Part shown: piece after piece, positions 51,782 through 63,317 of the stretch
Layout: each line of letters starts with the position of its first letter
Numbering within the stretch: position 1 is the stretch's first letter
From: Methanobacteriota archaeon
GTDB lineage: Archaea > Thermoplasmatota > Thermoplasmata > SG8-5 > JAGLSY01
Direction of reading: 5' to 3'
NCBI GenBank assembly: GCA_020696385.1
Contig: JAEHCQ010000003.1
Location: 1 to 64,000, forward strand
DNA: 64,000 nt
Notes under the pieces: model-generated
The model's database searches: none
Seen by the model: the letters and a program-made list of their open reading frames with translations, nothing else
Told to the model about the DNA's origin: nothing
Position numbers and translations under genes: made by a program

Positions 51782-52025
51782 GTATGAATGGTATCATCGA
51801 TCAAAGAAGGCGTACCTTCCAAGGTTATACAATGTTCCTCTCTGATCTCGTCCCTTCCCCGATAATACAGCTTGTATCGCCGGGTGCACGGTTGCCCAGG
51901 CCAGTATATATATATTACATATATTGGTCTGAGTAGAAGCCCATGAAAGTAGGTCGAGTATAAAAAGGTAACCCATGATACATGCGGATTATTGAAGATA
52001 TTTAAGTCATGCCAGATAATGTATC

Positions 52026-54662
52026 TCATTTCTGAAACTTTTTCATATTCGTCAGGTATTGCTCTTCCGATATCTTGCCTGAATCATAGGCTTTTTTCAG
52101 GCGTGCGATCTTATCATTATTACTGAGATTCTTGCTCTTTGACTGTTCTGCTAGCTTGGGCGTAGGCTTTGGTTTGGGTGTAGGAGATCTCAAAGGCATC
52201 ACCGGGGCTGCCGCCGGCGCAGGCGCAGGTGCTGGAGCCTCCAAAGGCGCCGATTCCTCCACTTCATTAGTGGCTGGCTGGCTCTTTCCTCCACCGCGCA
52301 GTAATAACAATAATACCAATATGCCGAGTATTATCGCCGCTATCAGGGCCCCATATGCCCATGAAGGAGTTACTGTCTCGATGTTACTGGCTGTTTCATT
52401 CGTTCCAGTGCCTGAAGTGAAAGAATCCTCATCCATGAAGTCAGCGATCCCATCTCCATCTGCATCTGCTGGCTCATCTGTATCGTCCAGTGGATCTGTT
52501 CCGGCCAGTATCTCTTCCGCGTCGCTCCATCCATCATTGTCATTATCCGTGTCTGTGGTGTCTGGTGTTCCATCGCCATCAGTATCGTTCTCCACCGGAT
52601 CGATCACAACTGGCGCATCAGAGTCTGGTTTGATAAGTATAGTCAGGTTCACAATGTCTGTTCCCTGGTCATTGTCATCCACCGTCACATTGGCCCAGAA
52701 GGTTCCGCTTGCATCTGGAACTCCCCAAAGCAGGCCAGATGTTGAATTGATAGAAAGCCAGGTTGCATTGGTCTCCAATGTCCATTCAAGCACGTCCCCG
52801 TCAATGTCTGTGGCATCCATATCCAGAACATAGGCATCACCTACCATTCCGTCTGGAACCGTCGCATCGTGGATAAAGGGCGGATCCTGCACATTGTCAA
52901 CTGTCAAAGTGAAATTGGAGATGTCAAAACCCCCCAGACCATCGGAAACGTTCACCTCTACAAAATAATCTCCAACATCATCATTGCCAGGTGTTCCCGA
53001 CAGAATTCCTGTGGTATTGACCATGCTGAGCCAAGTTGCATTTGTGGCCAGGGTCCAGAGCAAGACATCATTGGTTGGATCAATGTCTGTGGCATCGTAA
53101 TCCACTGAGTAAGTCATATCTTCAGGAGTCGAGGTTACATCGGCAGTTTCTATCACTGGATCATCATTGACATTATCCACTGCCAGGGTAAAATTAGTGA
53201 AGGTATCGGCATGGCCGCAGTAAAGGTCCAGTGAAATATTAACCCAGTAAGTGCCCGGATCATCATTTGTCGGGGTACCGGAAAGAAGGCCTGTGACATT
53301 ATTGAAATTCAGCCAAGTTGCATTGGTTTCCCCTTGCCAAGTCATTGTGTTGGCGACGGGGTAGTTCAGGTAATCTCCACCCACTGTGTTATAGTTAACG
53401 CTATACAACTGGTCCTCCTGAGCAAGCAAAATATTTGCTGGGGTTATCATGGGTTCTTGGTGCAAGCCTTGAAGGTATGGCCTTGTCTCCCCTTCTTTCA
53501 TCGCCCAGACACTGGTGAAATTCCAGTTCGCGAAGGTGGATTGGGTCAACATCTGGGGTGTGTTCTTCGGTATTCCATAGGAAGATGTGGAAACACCCGA
53601 CGCTCCAGTATCCCAATAGCTGTCTGTCACAGTGCCTGGGATATCCGAAACAAACCCAGATGCATTTGCACCCGATGGTGTGCCTATGCTATAGCTTGTC
53701 CTTATGGTTCCAACATTGTATGAACAAAATCCACCAGCACGGTCACTACAGGTTACATTCCCTGTAGCATAGGAGTCCTCAACAGTACCGTGATTACGGC
53801 CAACAAATCCACCGTTCCAGGAATAGCTACTGGGTATGTCACCAGTTGCATAGCATTGTTTGATCGTACCGCCATTATAGCCGATAAAGCCCCCAAGTTG
53901 CTCATCAGTTGCCTGCAGGTCGCCAACCGCGAATGAGTTCATAACCAGACCACTGGAAAGGTAACCTATGGCCCCACCGGCAGCATACTGGTTGCACTGT
54001 ACATTACCAAAGGCAGAGCAGCCATTCATGTCAAGGCCTATGCCATGGCCGACAAGACCACCAGAATTGGTATGGGTTGAGGAAGTTGACACATTGGTGC
54101 TACAATTATCGATCGAGCCACCAGCCTGCCCAACCAAACCCCCTGTGTTCATTCCACCACTGACGTCTCCCTCAACATGACAATTGCTCAAGGAAGCATA
54201 ACTCCTTCCAGCCAAACCCCCTGTGTTACCGCCACCGATAATGCTCACTTCTGAAAGAGTGATGTTCTTGATCGTGGCAGAAGCACTGGCCACCCCAAAG
54301 AAACCCTGAAAAGAATATACAGAGCGGTCTATTGTCAATCCGGTCACAGTGAATCCAGCGCCGTCGAACGTACCATTGAAAGTGCTTAACCAATCGCCTA
54401 TAGGATCCCAACCACCACTACCCCATGTTGAGGTGTCACTGGCATCAATATCATTTGCTAGTGTATAATTTGCAGAAACATTGTTCTTCATATTCTGGAG
54501 CTCGACCAAATTGGTTATGATATACGGATCAGCAACTGTCCCTGTTCCGGCAAAGGTCGATTCTTGGTTGTCCAGTATGCTCGATCCTGCGGGCATGATG
54601 ATACTCAGGGAAACTGTGCTCAATAACAATGCTATTACTATGGATAATATCTTTTTATTCAT
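52026..54662 (-). CDS. Surface protein: GLUG-motif beta-helix, cadherin/Ig repeats, TSP3-like Ca-binding repeats, TM, Pro-rich linker, SHOCT-like tail
   Basis: GGLVG repeats, three ATWL..N..TG.L.G.P units, DTDGDG repeats, C-terminal LKKAYDSGKISEEQY. Confidence 0.88.
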   Translation of the reverse strand: MNKKILSIVIALLLSTVSLSIIMPAGSSILDNQESTFAGTGTVADPYIITNLVELQNMKNNVSANYTLANDIDASDTSTWGSGGWDPIGDWLSTFNGTFDGAGFTVTGLTIDRSVYSFQGFFGVASASATIKNITLSEVSIIGGGNTGGLAGRSYASLSNCHVEGDVSGGMNTGGLVGQAGGSIDNCSTNVSTSSTHTNSGGLVGHGIGLDMNGCSAFGNVQCNQYAAGGAIGYLSSGLVMNSFAVGDLQATDEQLGGFIGYNGGTIKQCYATGDIPSSYSWNGGFVGRNHGTVEDSYATGNVTCSDRAGGFCSYNVGTIRTSYSIGTPSGANASGFVSDIPGTVTDSYWDTGASGVSTSSYGIPKNTPQMLTQSTFANWNFTSVWAMKEGETRPYLQGLHQEPMITPANILLAQEDQLYSVNYNTVGGDYLNYPVANTMTWQGETNATWLNFNNVTGLLSGTPTNDDPGTYWVNISLDLYCGHADTFTNFTLAVDNVNDDPVIETADVTSTPEDMTYSVDYDATDIDPTNDVLLWTLATNATWLSMVNTTGILSGTPGNDDVGDYFVEVNVSDGLGGFDISNFTLTVDNVQDPPFIHDATVPDGMVGDAYVLDMDATDIDGDVLEWTLETNATWLSINSTSGLLWGVPDASGTFWANVTVDDNDQGTDIVNLTILIKPDSDAPVVIDPVENDTDGDGTPDTTDTDNDNDGWSDAEEILAGTDPLDDTDEPADADGDGIADFMDEDSFTSGTGTNETASNIETVTPSWAYGALIAAIILGILVLLLLLRGGGKSQPATNEVEESAPLEAPAPAPAPAAAPVMPLRSPTPKPKPTPKLAEQSKSKNLSNNDKIARLKKAYDSGKISEEQYLTNMKKFQK

Positions 54663-54817
54663 GAACTCACCGGTATTATTATGTATTGGTTATACCAGAC
54701 ATTTGATAAATATTTTTCATAACAATTGTTTTGTTCGTATCTTATGATATATCTAATATATATTGAGAATAAATATATGATATGATGTCTTATCTATTAT
54801 AATAAAAGGTGAGGGAT

Positions 54818-57800
54818 ATGAAGAAATTTAGTGTAACCTTGTTAGTGCTAGTAATGATAATGTCCAGCATGGTTCCTATTGTGGGAGCCAGCGGACAAGA
54901 TATCGAGACAGTTCCAAATGCAGATCCAAGTCTTGTGGCAGAATGGAACTTCGATGAGGATGCTGGCCAGTGGGTGAATGATACTAGTGGTAATGACAAT
55001 AACGGAACTCTTGGAGCAGACGCTGGCTCTGCCGGAGATGATCCCTCTTGGACCACAGGCATATCTGGAACTGCACTTAACTTCGATGGTATTGATGATT
55101 TTGTTAGTGTGGACCATGACCCAACTCTTGATCTTACAACATCCATGACCATATCTGCTTGGATATATGCGGATGATTATGGACAAGGACATGCGAGAAT
55201 TGTGGAAAAATCAGGAACTACCGATTCTATTTGGGTTTTTGGAATTAACTCAAATTGTGTATATTATGGAATATTCAAAGGAGGGGGGCAGACATATTTT
55301 AACAATGCAGGGACGCTGACAAATGGTAATTGGCATCATTTAGTCGGAACCTGGGATGGTTCAACCATGAGGGCTTATGTCGATGGAATTGATACCGGGG
55401 TCACAGCATCACTGACTTCACCATGTGATAGCTCTGTTCAGCCAATTACATTTGGCAAAAGGGTAGCTCCCACTAATCTTGCATATTTCAATGGCATCAT
55501 CGATGAGGCAAAAATATGGGATAGAGCTTTGGATCCAACAGAAGTAATGGACAGTTACGCATCTATCGCAGTATCATATAATATAACAAATATTTTCCAA
55601 CTTCAGAATATGAGCATTGACTTAGCTGGCAATTATACTTTAATGAATGACATCGATGCCAGTGTTACCTCCACTTGGAATGGTGGATCTGGCTTTGAGC
55701 CTGTAGGGACAACTGGGGCCGGGTTCACTGGAAATTTTGATGGAGCTGGTTTTGAAATATCAGATATATTCATCAACCGTCCCCTGACAGACTATGCTGG
55801 GCTGTTCGGATATATGGATACTGGCAGCGCAATTACTAATGTTGGGATCGTAAACGCCAATATAACAGGCGGCGTCTTTGTTGGTGCGCTGGCGGGGGAG
55901 AAATGGAGCGGAACCACCATAAGCAATTGCTACAGTACGGGCAGCATGGTGAGTGTCAGCATCTCTCCGAACTCTATCGTTGGCGGACTGGTGGGACGAA
56001 ACCAGGGCTTCATCAACAGTTCGTACAGCACGGCAAGTGCGACCGGCAATTTTGACAATGCTGGCGGACTGGTTGGTATAAATGACGTTGGAACCATCAA
56101 CAATTGCTACAGCTGGGGCGCAGCTTCCGGCAATTGGAATGTCGGTGGACTGGCAGGTACGAACTACGGGACCATCATCAATTCATACAGCAAAGGAACC
56201 GCGACAATCACGGGCTCCAATGTCGGCGGGCTGGTTGGCAATAGCATCGGCGGCACAGTAACCAGTTCCTACTGGGATACTATGACATCGACACGACCAA
56301 CAAGCGATGGCGGAACCGGAAAAATCACTGCCGAAATGATGAGCCAGGCAACGTTTGACCCGCCATGGGACTTCAATACCATCTGGGGAATTGCAGAGGG
56401 CAGTACCTACCCTTATCTGAAAGTTACAGCACCTGGGCCAGTTCTTAATGTCAATACAATGGAAAATTTCACAACCATTCAAGAGGCTATCGATGCCGTG
56501 AACACAACCGACGGTCATACGATAACTGTTGATACTGGCACATATCTTGAAAATGTGGTCATCAACAAGTCCATCAGCCTTAGGGGCGCGGGATATGCAA
56601 CAACAATAATCGACGGCCAGCTGCTCGGTGATGTGGTCCTCATCACATCAGACTGGGTAAACTTATCCGGCTTTTCAATGATTAATGCTGGAGCCGGTGC
56701 ATGGGATTGGGCTGGTATAGAGCTCGACAATGTTCAGTACTGTAATATATCGGAGAACCGGCCACACCATATGGATTGGGAAGGAATTTATCTTGAGAAT
56801 TCTGATTACAATACCCTTTACAATAATTATGTGGATAATAATGGAAGGGGTATGTTCATAAGAGACTCGAATTGGAACGACATCCTGGATAATACTGTTG
56901 TCGATAATGATTATTCGGTCATGGTGCTGACATGGATTATCGGCTCCAATGACAATACTCTGATTGGAAACATAATAAATGACAATGACTACGGTCTATC
57001 CATCTCCACCTCCAGAAACACAGTAACTGGCAATAAGTTCTCTGCCAATTACTGGTACAATATTAAAATATCAGGTGGAGGAAATTCCAATGTGATCTCT
57101 CATAATTACATCAATAATACCATTAACGGCGGAACAGACGGGGCCATATATCTTACCAATGCCGGGGCAAACACCATCCATGACAATTATATTTTCAATA
57201 ATCGGTTTGCTCTGATCTTATACCAAACATCAGGTTGCCAGGTATATGACAATCAAATGCTTTCAAATACCGAAGGGATCTTTATCCAGTATGCACACAA
57301 CAATGATATCACTGGAAATGTAATATCAAACTCGGTTGTCGGCTTCAGGGCATGGAGTGATTGCAGTGGCAACTACATTGTGAATAATAATATCACTGGA
57401 AGTACCAACAAGGGATTAGAGTTTGATTCCTCAACACTGAACAATTATATTTACCACAATAATATAATCGGAAATGTACTCCAAGCAGAAGATAATGGCG
57501 CGAGCTTCTGGAATGATAGCTTCCCATCCGGCGGAAACTACTGGTCGGACTGGATAGCTCCAGACGCGATGGGAGGGTTGTATCAGGATATTCCGGGAGC
57601 CGACGGGATCGTTGATAACCCCTACTCCGTGCCAGGCGGCGGGAACCAGGACGATCATCCTGTCACAAGCCCAGACGGATGGACATCAATAATCGCGATG
57701 GGGCCGGTACAGAATGTTAATACTGGCGAGAACTTCACAACCATCCAGGAAGCCATTGATGACGCAAATACGCTGGATGGACACACGATAACCGTGGACA

Positions 57801-60800
57801 GCGGTACTTATGTTGAGAATGTGCTGGTCAATAAGGAATTGACCATTATTGGAAATGGCACTGCAAACACGATCGTCGATGGTGCAGGCAATAACAATGA
57901 GGATGTATTCTTTGTCACTGCAGATAATGTGATGATAACAAATATGAACATAACAAATGGCGGGACCATCGCGGGAGATGCTGGGGTCGAGGTCAGTGCA
58001 TCCCATTGTATCATCCAGAATATCAGCTTTGACAATTTCCCATGGGGAGCTGTCAGGCCTCTTGGCGCTGACAATATCACCATAAGGAACAATGTGATCA
58101 CTGGAACAAGCTATTGTGTTTACATTCAATGGAGTGATTACTGTGAGGTCTATGATAATAACATATCGGGAAACAGCCAGGATGCAATTTCATTTCAGAA
58201 TTCCAATTGGAACACTGTGAGAGATAATGAGGTATGGCTGAACGCGGGTTCTGGATTATGGGTGCAGAGTTCTAAGAACAATACATTTGCCAACAATACA
58301 CTGGCTCTGAATATTTATGGCATGGACTTCAGTTCAGATTCAGATAATTCAATGATAATTGATAATGATGTAATATCCAATACCTTCAGCGGGATAAATA
58401 TATGGTCATCAGACTGGTGCCATATTCAGAACAATACGATATCTGGAAATGATTATGGAGTGAGTATTGGAAATTCCAATAATTGCACTATCCTTGAAAA
58501 TACCATATCTGGCGGCTCCTTTGCCATAAATCTGAACGGATGCTCTGAAACCGATGTCATGGAAAATAATGTAGCAGATTCAAACTATGGTATTCAGGCA
58601 GATAATTCAAACACAATATTGATAGATGACAATGATATTTATATGACCATTACAAGGGCCATATATTTCTTATCTGGCTCGCATAATAGCACGGTCACAA
58701 ACAATCGCATTGATGATTCTGCTGGCCACGGCATCTTCATGTCCGATTCGGCCTACATAACACTGACCAACAATACCATCAGGAACTGTACAAGCATGAA
58801 TTGGGCTGGAATTGTGTACTGGAATACGATCTTCACCAATGTATCGAACAACAAGCTACACCACAATTATTGGGGTATCGTGGTCCAGGGCCAGTCAACT
58901 GATAATGATTTCTGGAACAATGAGATAAGGTGGAGTGATCAGCATGGGATCTGGTCAAAGGATGTCGGTGGAAGCCAGGAAAGGAACAGGTACATTGGAA
59001 ACAATATCACAGAGAATGGTGTTGGGAACTTATGCGACGGTATCTATCTGGAAGGAATAGATGGTGATAACAATACTGTCGCAGGGAACTGGGTCGCGAA
59101 CAATGGCCGGAATGGTATTAAAATTCAAAACTCCGCAGGCCATCATATATCAGACAATACGATCCTTGACAATACCGGGAATGGTATCATGCTAGAGGAC
59201 TCAGAATGGAACACATTGAATGGCAACAATATATCCCATCACATGAACACAGACCCCAGGGGTATTCTCCTGGACAATAGCCAATGGAACATGATAACTA
59301 ACAACACACTATGGGACAATGGTGATGTGATATGCCTCTTCTGGACATCACAGAACAACACAGTAAAATTCAATGAGATACACGAGGCTCCTGGCCAGGG
59401 GATATATGTGGGAACTGGTTCCACTAACAATATCTTTGAACAGAACACGATCTCCAATATCAACAGTGCTGGAATATATATCCAGTCAGATGATAATGAT
59501 ATTATTGAAAATAGTTTCTCTTTGGGAACATCCTTTAATGTGTATCTGGACGATTGCAGCGGTGTAACTGTCAGTGGAAATGATATGATCGATGGTAGCT
59601 TTGGAGTATATGCCACAGACGCACCAAATAACATTGTCGAAGGAAACAATATATCCAATTTAGGGAAAGCTATCTATGCTGAAAACTCAGATTACATGAT
59701 GATCGACAATAATGATATGTTCAATAACAATATGGCGATCCATATCTTATCCAGCTCTTTCGATTGCACTGCAAAGAACAACCGAATTGATGGTTCAACT
59801 TCCTACAGCATTGGGATCGAAAACTCTGGCCGCATTGATCTGATGAACAATACCATCCAAAATGGTGTTGCAGGAACAAGCTGGGCGATCTTCTTGTGGA
59901 ACACCAACTGGATCAATATATCGGAAAATACAATGTTCAATAATGAAGGCGGAATAAGGATGCAGTCGAATTGTCACAATAACACAATCTGGGACAATAT
60001 CATATCCAGTAATGTAAATGGCATTTACCTGGAATTGACAAGAGACTGTAGTATCTACCACAATGACTTCATTGCCAATACCATCCAGGCCTATGATGAT
60101 AGCTGGGGCAATAACTCCTGGGACAATGGCTACCCATCTGGCGGTAATTACTGGAGTGATTATGGAGGTGCAGATGTCATGTGTGGACCATTGCAGGATA
60201 CCTGGGGTAGTGACAGCCTGGGCGACACCCCATACACAAGTATCATCAGTGGAACAAATCAGGATAATTACCCGCTCTTGCACCCATCAAACTACATAGA
60301 TGCTGTCGATCCAGTATCGCAGATCGACACAATATCACCCTATTGGTGGAATATCTCACCATTCGCAATAACCGCGAATGTCAGCGACCCAGGAAGCGGA
60401 ATTGACCACATCGAACTCTGGTACAGTTACGAGGGTGGCGCATGGACCTTCTTCGGCAACACGACCAGCTTTTCATGGACATGGGATTTCACATGGCCTG
60501 ATGGAGAAGGGGATTATGATTTCTACTCCATTGCCATTGATAATTCTGCCAATGTCGAGAATGCTCCTGGTATCGCGGATGCAGGAGCTTATTATGATAG
60601 CACTGCTCCGATCATCAGTGCAGGGGATGATACAACTATCAACTCGGCCTATCAGCAGGATTCCTCCTACTTCGAGATAGGATCTGGCATAGGCAATAAT
60701 TCATGGACTGTTTTATCTGGCCCAGGCAATATCACTTTCACAAGCCAGTGGTCGGAAGATCCGTGGATCAGCGCGGACATGGATGGCCTATACATACTGC

Positions 60801-62629
60801 AACTGAACGCAACAGACAATGCAGGCAACTGGGCTGTGAGCAATTTCACGCTATTATGGGATACGGTCGCACCAGTCGCGACTGTCGGAATAGACATTGA
60901 CACCAGTGTACAGATCTTCAAGGACGCCTTCGCCAGTGATATGCTATCTGGAATGGACAATTACACATGGAGCGTGGCTTCAGGATCTGGCAATATCACT
61001 TTCTCAGATGAGTGGTCGCAGGATACGTGGATCAGCGCGGATATGGACGGCGTGTACGTGATACAGCTTAATGTGACAGATATCGCAGGCAACTGGTTCG
61101 TGGATGAGTTCATACTTAGATGGGACACAACGGCTCCAAATGTAGATGCAGGAATTGACATCCAGACCAATGCCCAGGAATTCAGAAATGCCTTTGCTGA
61201 CGATGCCACGTCGGGGATCGCCAGTTATGAGTGGTCCATGGTATCTGGCCCTGGAAATCTAACCTTCGGAACGCCAGATGCAGAGGACACCACCATCCAG
61301 GCAGATACGGATGGTGTTTATATCGTGCGGCTCACGGTCACGGACAATGCAGACAATATTGGATGGAGCGAATTCAATATGACATGGGATCAAACATCTC
61401 CAGAAGTATCGGTCAGTATCAATGGGTCAGCCTTCCAATCAGACCAGTATTATATGACTGGATCGACGAATATCAGCCTGGATGCCTTTGATAATACAAC
61501 TGGCATTGATGAGGTATGGTACAGGGTGTTCGACGATAGTGGTGGATGGACAAACTGGATTCAATTCACAATCAATTTCACCCTGGGACAATATGTGTCT
61601 AATGGATTCTGTTACCTGGAATACAATGTAACAGATAATGTGGGAAATATACGATCTGGCAATACATCATTCTTCATTGATGATGCTGCACCTACCACGA
61701 CCATTGATTTTGGTGATTCTATGTTCATCAATTCCCAGCAAAACATCAACCTAACAGCTGTGGATGATGGAGCTGGACTAAGCGCGATATGGTATCGGGT
61801 TTGGATAGATAATGGTAATAACTGGCAACCCTGGGATGAATATTCAGATGAGTTCAACCTCCCGGATAATGAAGCTGATGATCGAGTATGTTATATCGAA
61901 TTCTACTCAATTGACAAACTTGGAAATAATGAGGGAGTTCACAACCAAACTATATTCCTGGATATCACCGGACCAGAGATATATGAAATAAGCCCAATTG
62001 CAGGAGAGGCTGGAGTGTCGGTAAATACCACGATCCAGATAACATTTGATGAAGAAATGGATCCATTATCCGTGATCTCTGCGATCCAGATCTCACCTTC
62101 CATAGATTATGATATAGAATGGATAGGACCTAATGTTTCAATCATTCTGACCCCATTGGAGCTACTTGATAATGGAACACTGTACACGATCACAATAGGG
62201 AATACGATCATGGATATTGCAGGCAATACAATGGAAAATGACTTCATATTCCATTTCTCGACCCAGGTGGACACGGACGGAGATGAAATACCTGATGACA
62301 CAGACCCGGATGATGATGATGTAATTCCAGATGATCCAGACGATGATGATCCGTTGGATCCGGATGATAGCGATGATGATGAGCCAATTACAGACGATCC
62401 AGACTTCAACTTCATGTGGATCATAATCATATTGATCGCCGCCCTGGTAATTGGCGCACAACTCTTCCTAATGAAGGGAAAGAAGCAAGATGATGAGGAT
62501 GAAGTATCTGATGAAGAACCAGATAACGAAGAGGATGAGATAGAGGAAGATGAAGGAGAAGAAAAAGAGGAAACAGATGAAAGTCAGGCAGTGGAAGAAG
62601 ATGTGGAAGGGGAGATCCCTGAAAGCTGA
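54818..62629 (+). CDS. Giant (~2600 aa) surface protein: LamG, GLUG, NosD/parallel beta-helix x2, Ig-like repeats, acidic repeats, TM anchor
   Basis: WHHLVGTWDG LamG, GGLVG, duplicated FTTIQEAID..DGHTITVD.GTY.ENV and GGNYWSD, three SG.GN.TF repeats, C-terminal TM plus Glu/Asp tail. Confidence 0.9.
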   Translation: MKKFSVTLLVLVMIMSSMVPIVGASGQDIETVPNADPSLVAEWNFDEDAGQWVNDTSGNDNNGTLGADAGSAGDDPSWTTGISGTALNFDGIDDFVSVDHDPTLDLTTSMTISAWIYADDYGQGHARIVEKSGTTDSIWVFGINSNCVYYGIFKGGGQTYFNNAGTLTNGNWHHLVGTWDGSTMRAYVDGIDTGVTASLTSPCDSSVQPITFGKRVAPTNLAYFNGIIDEAKIWDRALDPTEVMDSYASIAVSYNITNIFQLQNMSIDLAGNYTLMNDIDASVTSTWNGGSGFEPVGTTGAGFTGNFDGAGFEISDIFINRPLTDYAGLFGYMDTGSAITNVGIVNANITGGVFVGALAGEKWSGTTISNCYSTGSMVSVSISPNSIVGGLVGRNQGFINSSYSTASATGNFDNAGGLVGINDVGTINNCYSWGAASGNWNVGGLAGTNYGTIINSYSKGTATITGSNVGGLVGNSIGGTVTSSYWDTMTSTRPTSDGGTGKITAEMMSQATFDPPWDFNTIWGIAEGSTYPYLKVTAPGPVLNVNTMENFTTIQEAIDAVNTTDGHTITVDTGTYLENVVINKSISLRGAGYATTIIDGQLLGDVVLITSDWVNLSGFSMINAGAGAWDWAGIELDNVQYCNISENRPHHMDWEGIYLENSDYNTLYNNYVDNNGRGMFIRDSNWNDILDNTVVDNDYSVMVLTWIIGSNDNTLIGNIINDNDYGLSISTSRNTVTGNKFSANYWYNIKISGGGNSNVISHNYINNTINGGTDGAIYLTNAGANTIHDNYIFNNRFALILYQTSGCQVYDNQMLSNTEGIFIQYAHNNDITGNVISNSVVGFRAWSDCSGNYIVNNNITGSTNKGLEFDSSTLNNYIYHNNIIGNVLQAEDNGASFWNDSFPSGGNYWSDWIAPDAMGGLYQDIPGADGIVDNPYSVPGGGNQDDHPVTSPDGWTSIIAMGPVQNVNTGENFTTIQEAIDDANTLDGHTITVDSGTYVENVLVNKELTIIGNGTANTIVDGAGNNNEDVFFVTADNVMITNMNITNGGTIAGDAGVEVSASHCIIQNISFDNFPWGAVRPLGADNITIRNNVITGTSYCVYIQWSDYCEVYDNNISGNSQDAISFQNSNWNTVRDNEVWLNAGSGLWVQSSKNNTFANNTLALNIYGMDFSSDSDNSMIIDNDVISNTFSGINIWSSDWCHIQNNTISGNDYGVSIGNSNNCTILENTISGGSFAINLNGCSETDVMENNVADSNYGIQADNSNTILIDDNDIYMTITRAIYFLSGSHNSTVTNNRIDDSAGHGIFMSDSAYITLTNNTIRNCTSMNWAGIVYWNTIFTNVSNNKLHHNYWGIVVQGQSTDNDFWNNEIRWSDQHGIWSKDVGGSQERNRYIGNNITENGVGNLCDGIYLEGIDGDNNTVAGNWVANNGRNGIKIQNSAGHHISDNTILDNTGNGIMLEDSEWNTLNGNNISHHMNTDPRGILLDNSQWNMITNNTLWDNGDVICLFWTSQNNTVKFNEIHEAPGQGIYVGTGSTNNIFEQNTISNINSAGIYIQSDDNDIIENSFSLGTSFNVYLDDCSGVTVSGNDMIDGSFGVYATDAPNNIVEGNNISNLGKAIYAENSDYMMIDNNDMFNNNMAIHILSSSFDCTAKNNRIDGSTSYSIGIENSGRIDLMNNTIQNGVAGTSWAIFLWNTNWINISENTMFNNEGGIRMQSNCHNNTIWDNIISSNVNGIYLELTRDCSIYHNDFIANTIQAYDDSWGNNSWDNGYPSGGNYWSDYGGADVMCGPLQDTWGSDSLGDTPYTSIISGTNQDNYPLLHPSNYIDAVDPVSQIDTISPYWWNISPFAITANVSDPGSGIDHIELWYSYEGGAWTFFGNTTSFSWTWDFTWPDGEGDYDFYSIAIDNSANVENAPGIADAGAYYDSTAPIISAGDDTTINSAYQQDSSYFEIGSGIGNNSWTVLSGPGNITFTSQWSEDPWISADMDGLYILQLNATDNAGNWAVSNFTLLWDTVAPVATVGIDIDTSVQIFKDAFASDMLSGMDNYTWSVASGSGNITFSDEWSQDTWISADMDGVYVIQLNVTDIAGNWFVDEFILRWDTTAPNVDAGIDIQTNAQEFRNAFADDATSGIASYEWSMVSGPGNLTFGTPDAEDTTIQADTDGVYIVRLTVTDNADNIGWSEFNMTWDQTSPEVSVSINGSAFQSDQYYMTGSTNISLDAFDNTTGIDEVWYRVFDDSGGWTNWIQFTINFTLGQYVSNGFCYLEYNVTDNVGNIRSGNTSFFIDDAAPTTTIDFGDSMFINSQQNINLTAVDDGAGLSAIWYRVWIDNGNNWQPWDEYSDEFNLPDNEADDRVCYIEFYSIDKLGNNEGVHNQTIFLDITGPEIYEISPIAGEAGVSVNTTIQITFDEEMDPLSVISAIQISPSIDYDIEWIGPNVSIILTPLELLDNGTLYTITIGNTIMDIAGNTMENDFIFHFSTQVDTDGDEIPDDTDPDDDDVIPDDPDDDDPLDPDDSDDDEPITDDPDFNFMWIIIILIAALVIGAQLFLMKGKKQDDEDEVSDEEPDNEEDEIEEDEGEEKEETDESQAVEEDVEGEIPES

Positions 62630-62689
62630 TTATTAGCTTTCAGTATCCCATCTTCTGAGCATCGATCAAGATCCAATACCCTGGCATCT

Positions 62690-63139
62690 CTATTTATCAA
62701 GAACAGGAAGTCTCACTTCCTCTTTCACTATGTTCAGAACTATCTGGGTGTATGTTCTCTCCACGAATTCCATACTGGATATCCACTTGATGAACTTGTT
62801 CAATTCGCGGCGGTTATGGAACCTGGCCACGATCATCGAGTCCCAATCCCCAGTGATATCATAGACATTGACAACATTGGAATTCTTTGAGATATTATCT
62901 TGGACGGAAATCATTTTTCCCCTGGATATCCGCATTCCAATGACAGCCAGCAGATCGAATCCGAACTTCTGCGGATCGAGAACTGGCGCATAGCCCTTGA
63001 TGACTCCATCATCTTCCATCCTGCGCACGCGGTTGGCCACAGTGCTCATGGAAACACCCAGCTCCTTCGCCATCTGCCTGAAGCTCTTTCGGGCATTCTC
63101 ATTCATAGACGCGATTATTTTGAGATCGAGATCATCCAT
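62690..63139 (-). CDS. Lrp/AsnC family transcription regulator
   Basis: MDDLDLKII...NARKSFRQMAKELGVS, YDITGDWD. Confidence 0.94.
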   Translation of the reverse strand: MDDLDLKIIASMNENARKSFRQMAKELGVSMSTVANRVRRMEDDGVIKGYAPVLDPQKFGFDLLAVIGMRISRGKMISVQDNISKNSNVVNVYDITGDWDSMIVARFHNRRELNKFIKWISSMEFVERTYTQIVLNIVKEEVRLPVLDK

Positions 63140-63188
63140 GCAGGATAATGGGCTTTAACATTTATTAAATTAACTGTATATTTTATAT

Positions 63189-63245
63189 ATAATTGATTCA
63201 TTTGACCATTAAATTATGAATATATCATTCAAATGAATCAATTAT
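63189..63245. promoter_or_regulatory. 17-bp perfect inverted repeat (23-nt spacer) between lrp and glnA
   Basis: ATAATTGATTCATTTGA / TCAAATGAATCAATTAT. Confidence 0.65.
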
Positions 63246-63317
63246 TTTCAATATATTATAAGTATCATTATTTCATGTTAGGAGAATCGGTCCATGAGGC
63301 CAATAGGGGTGTTGAAT

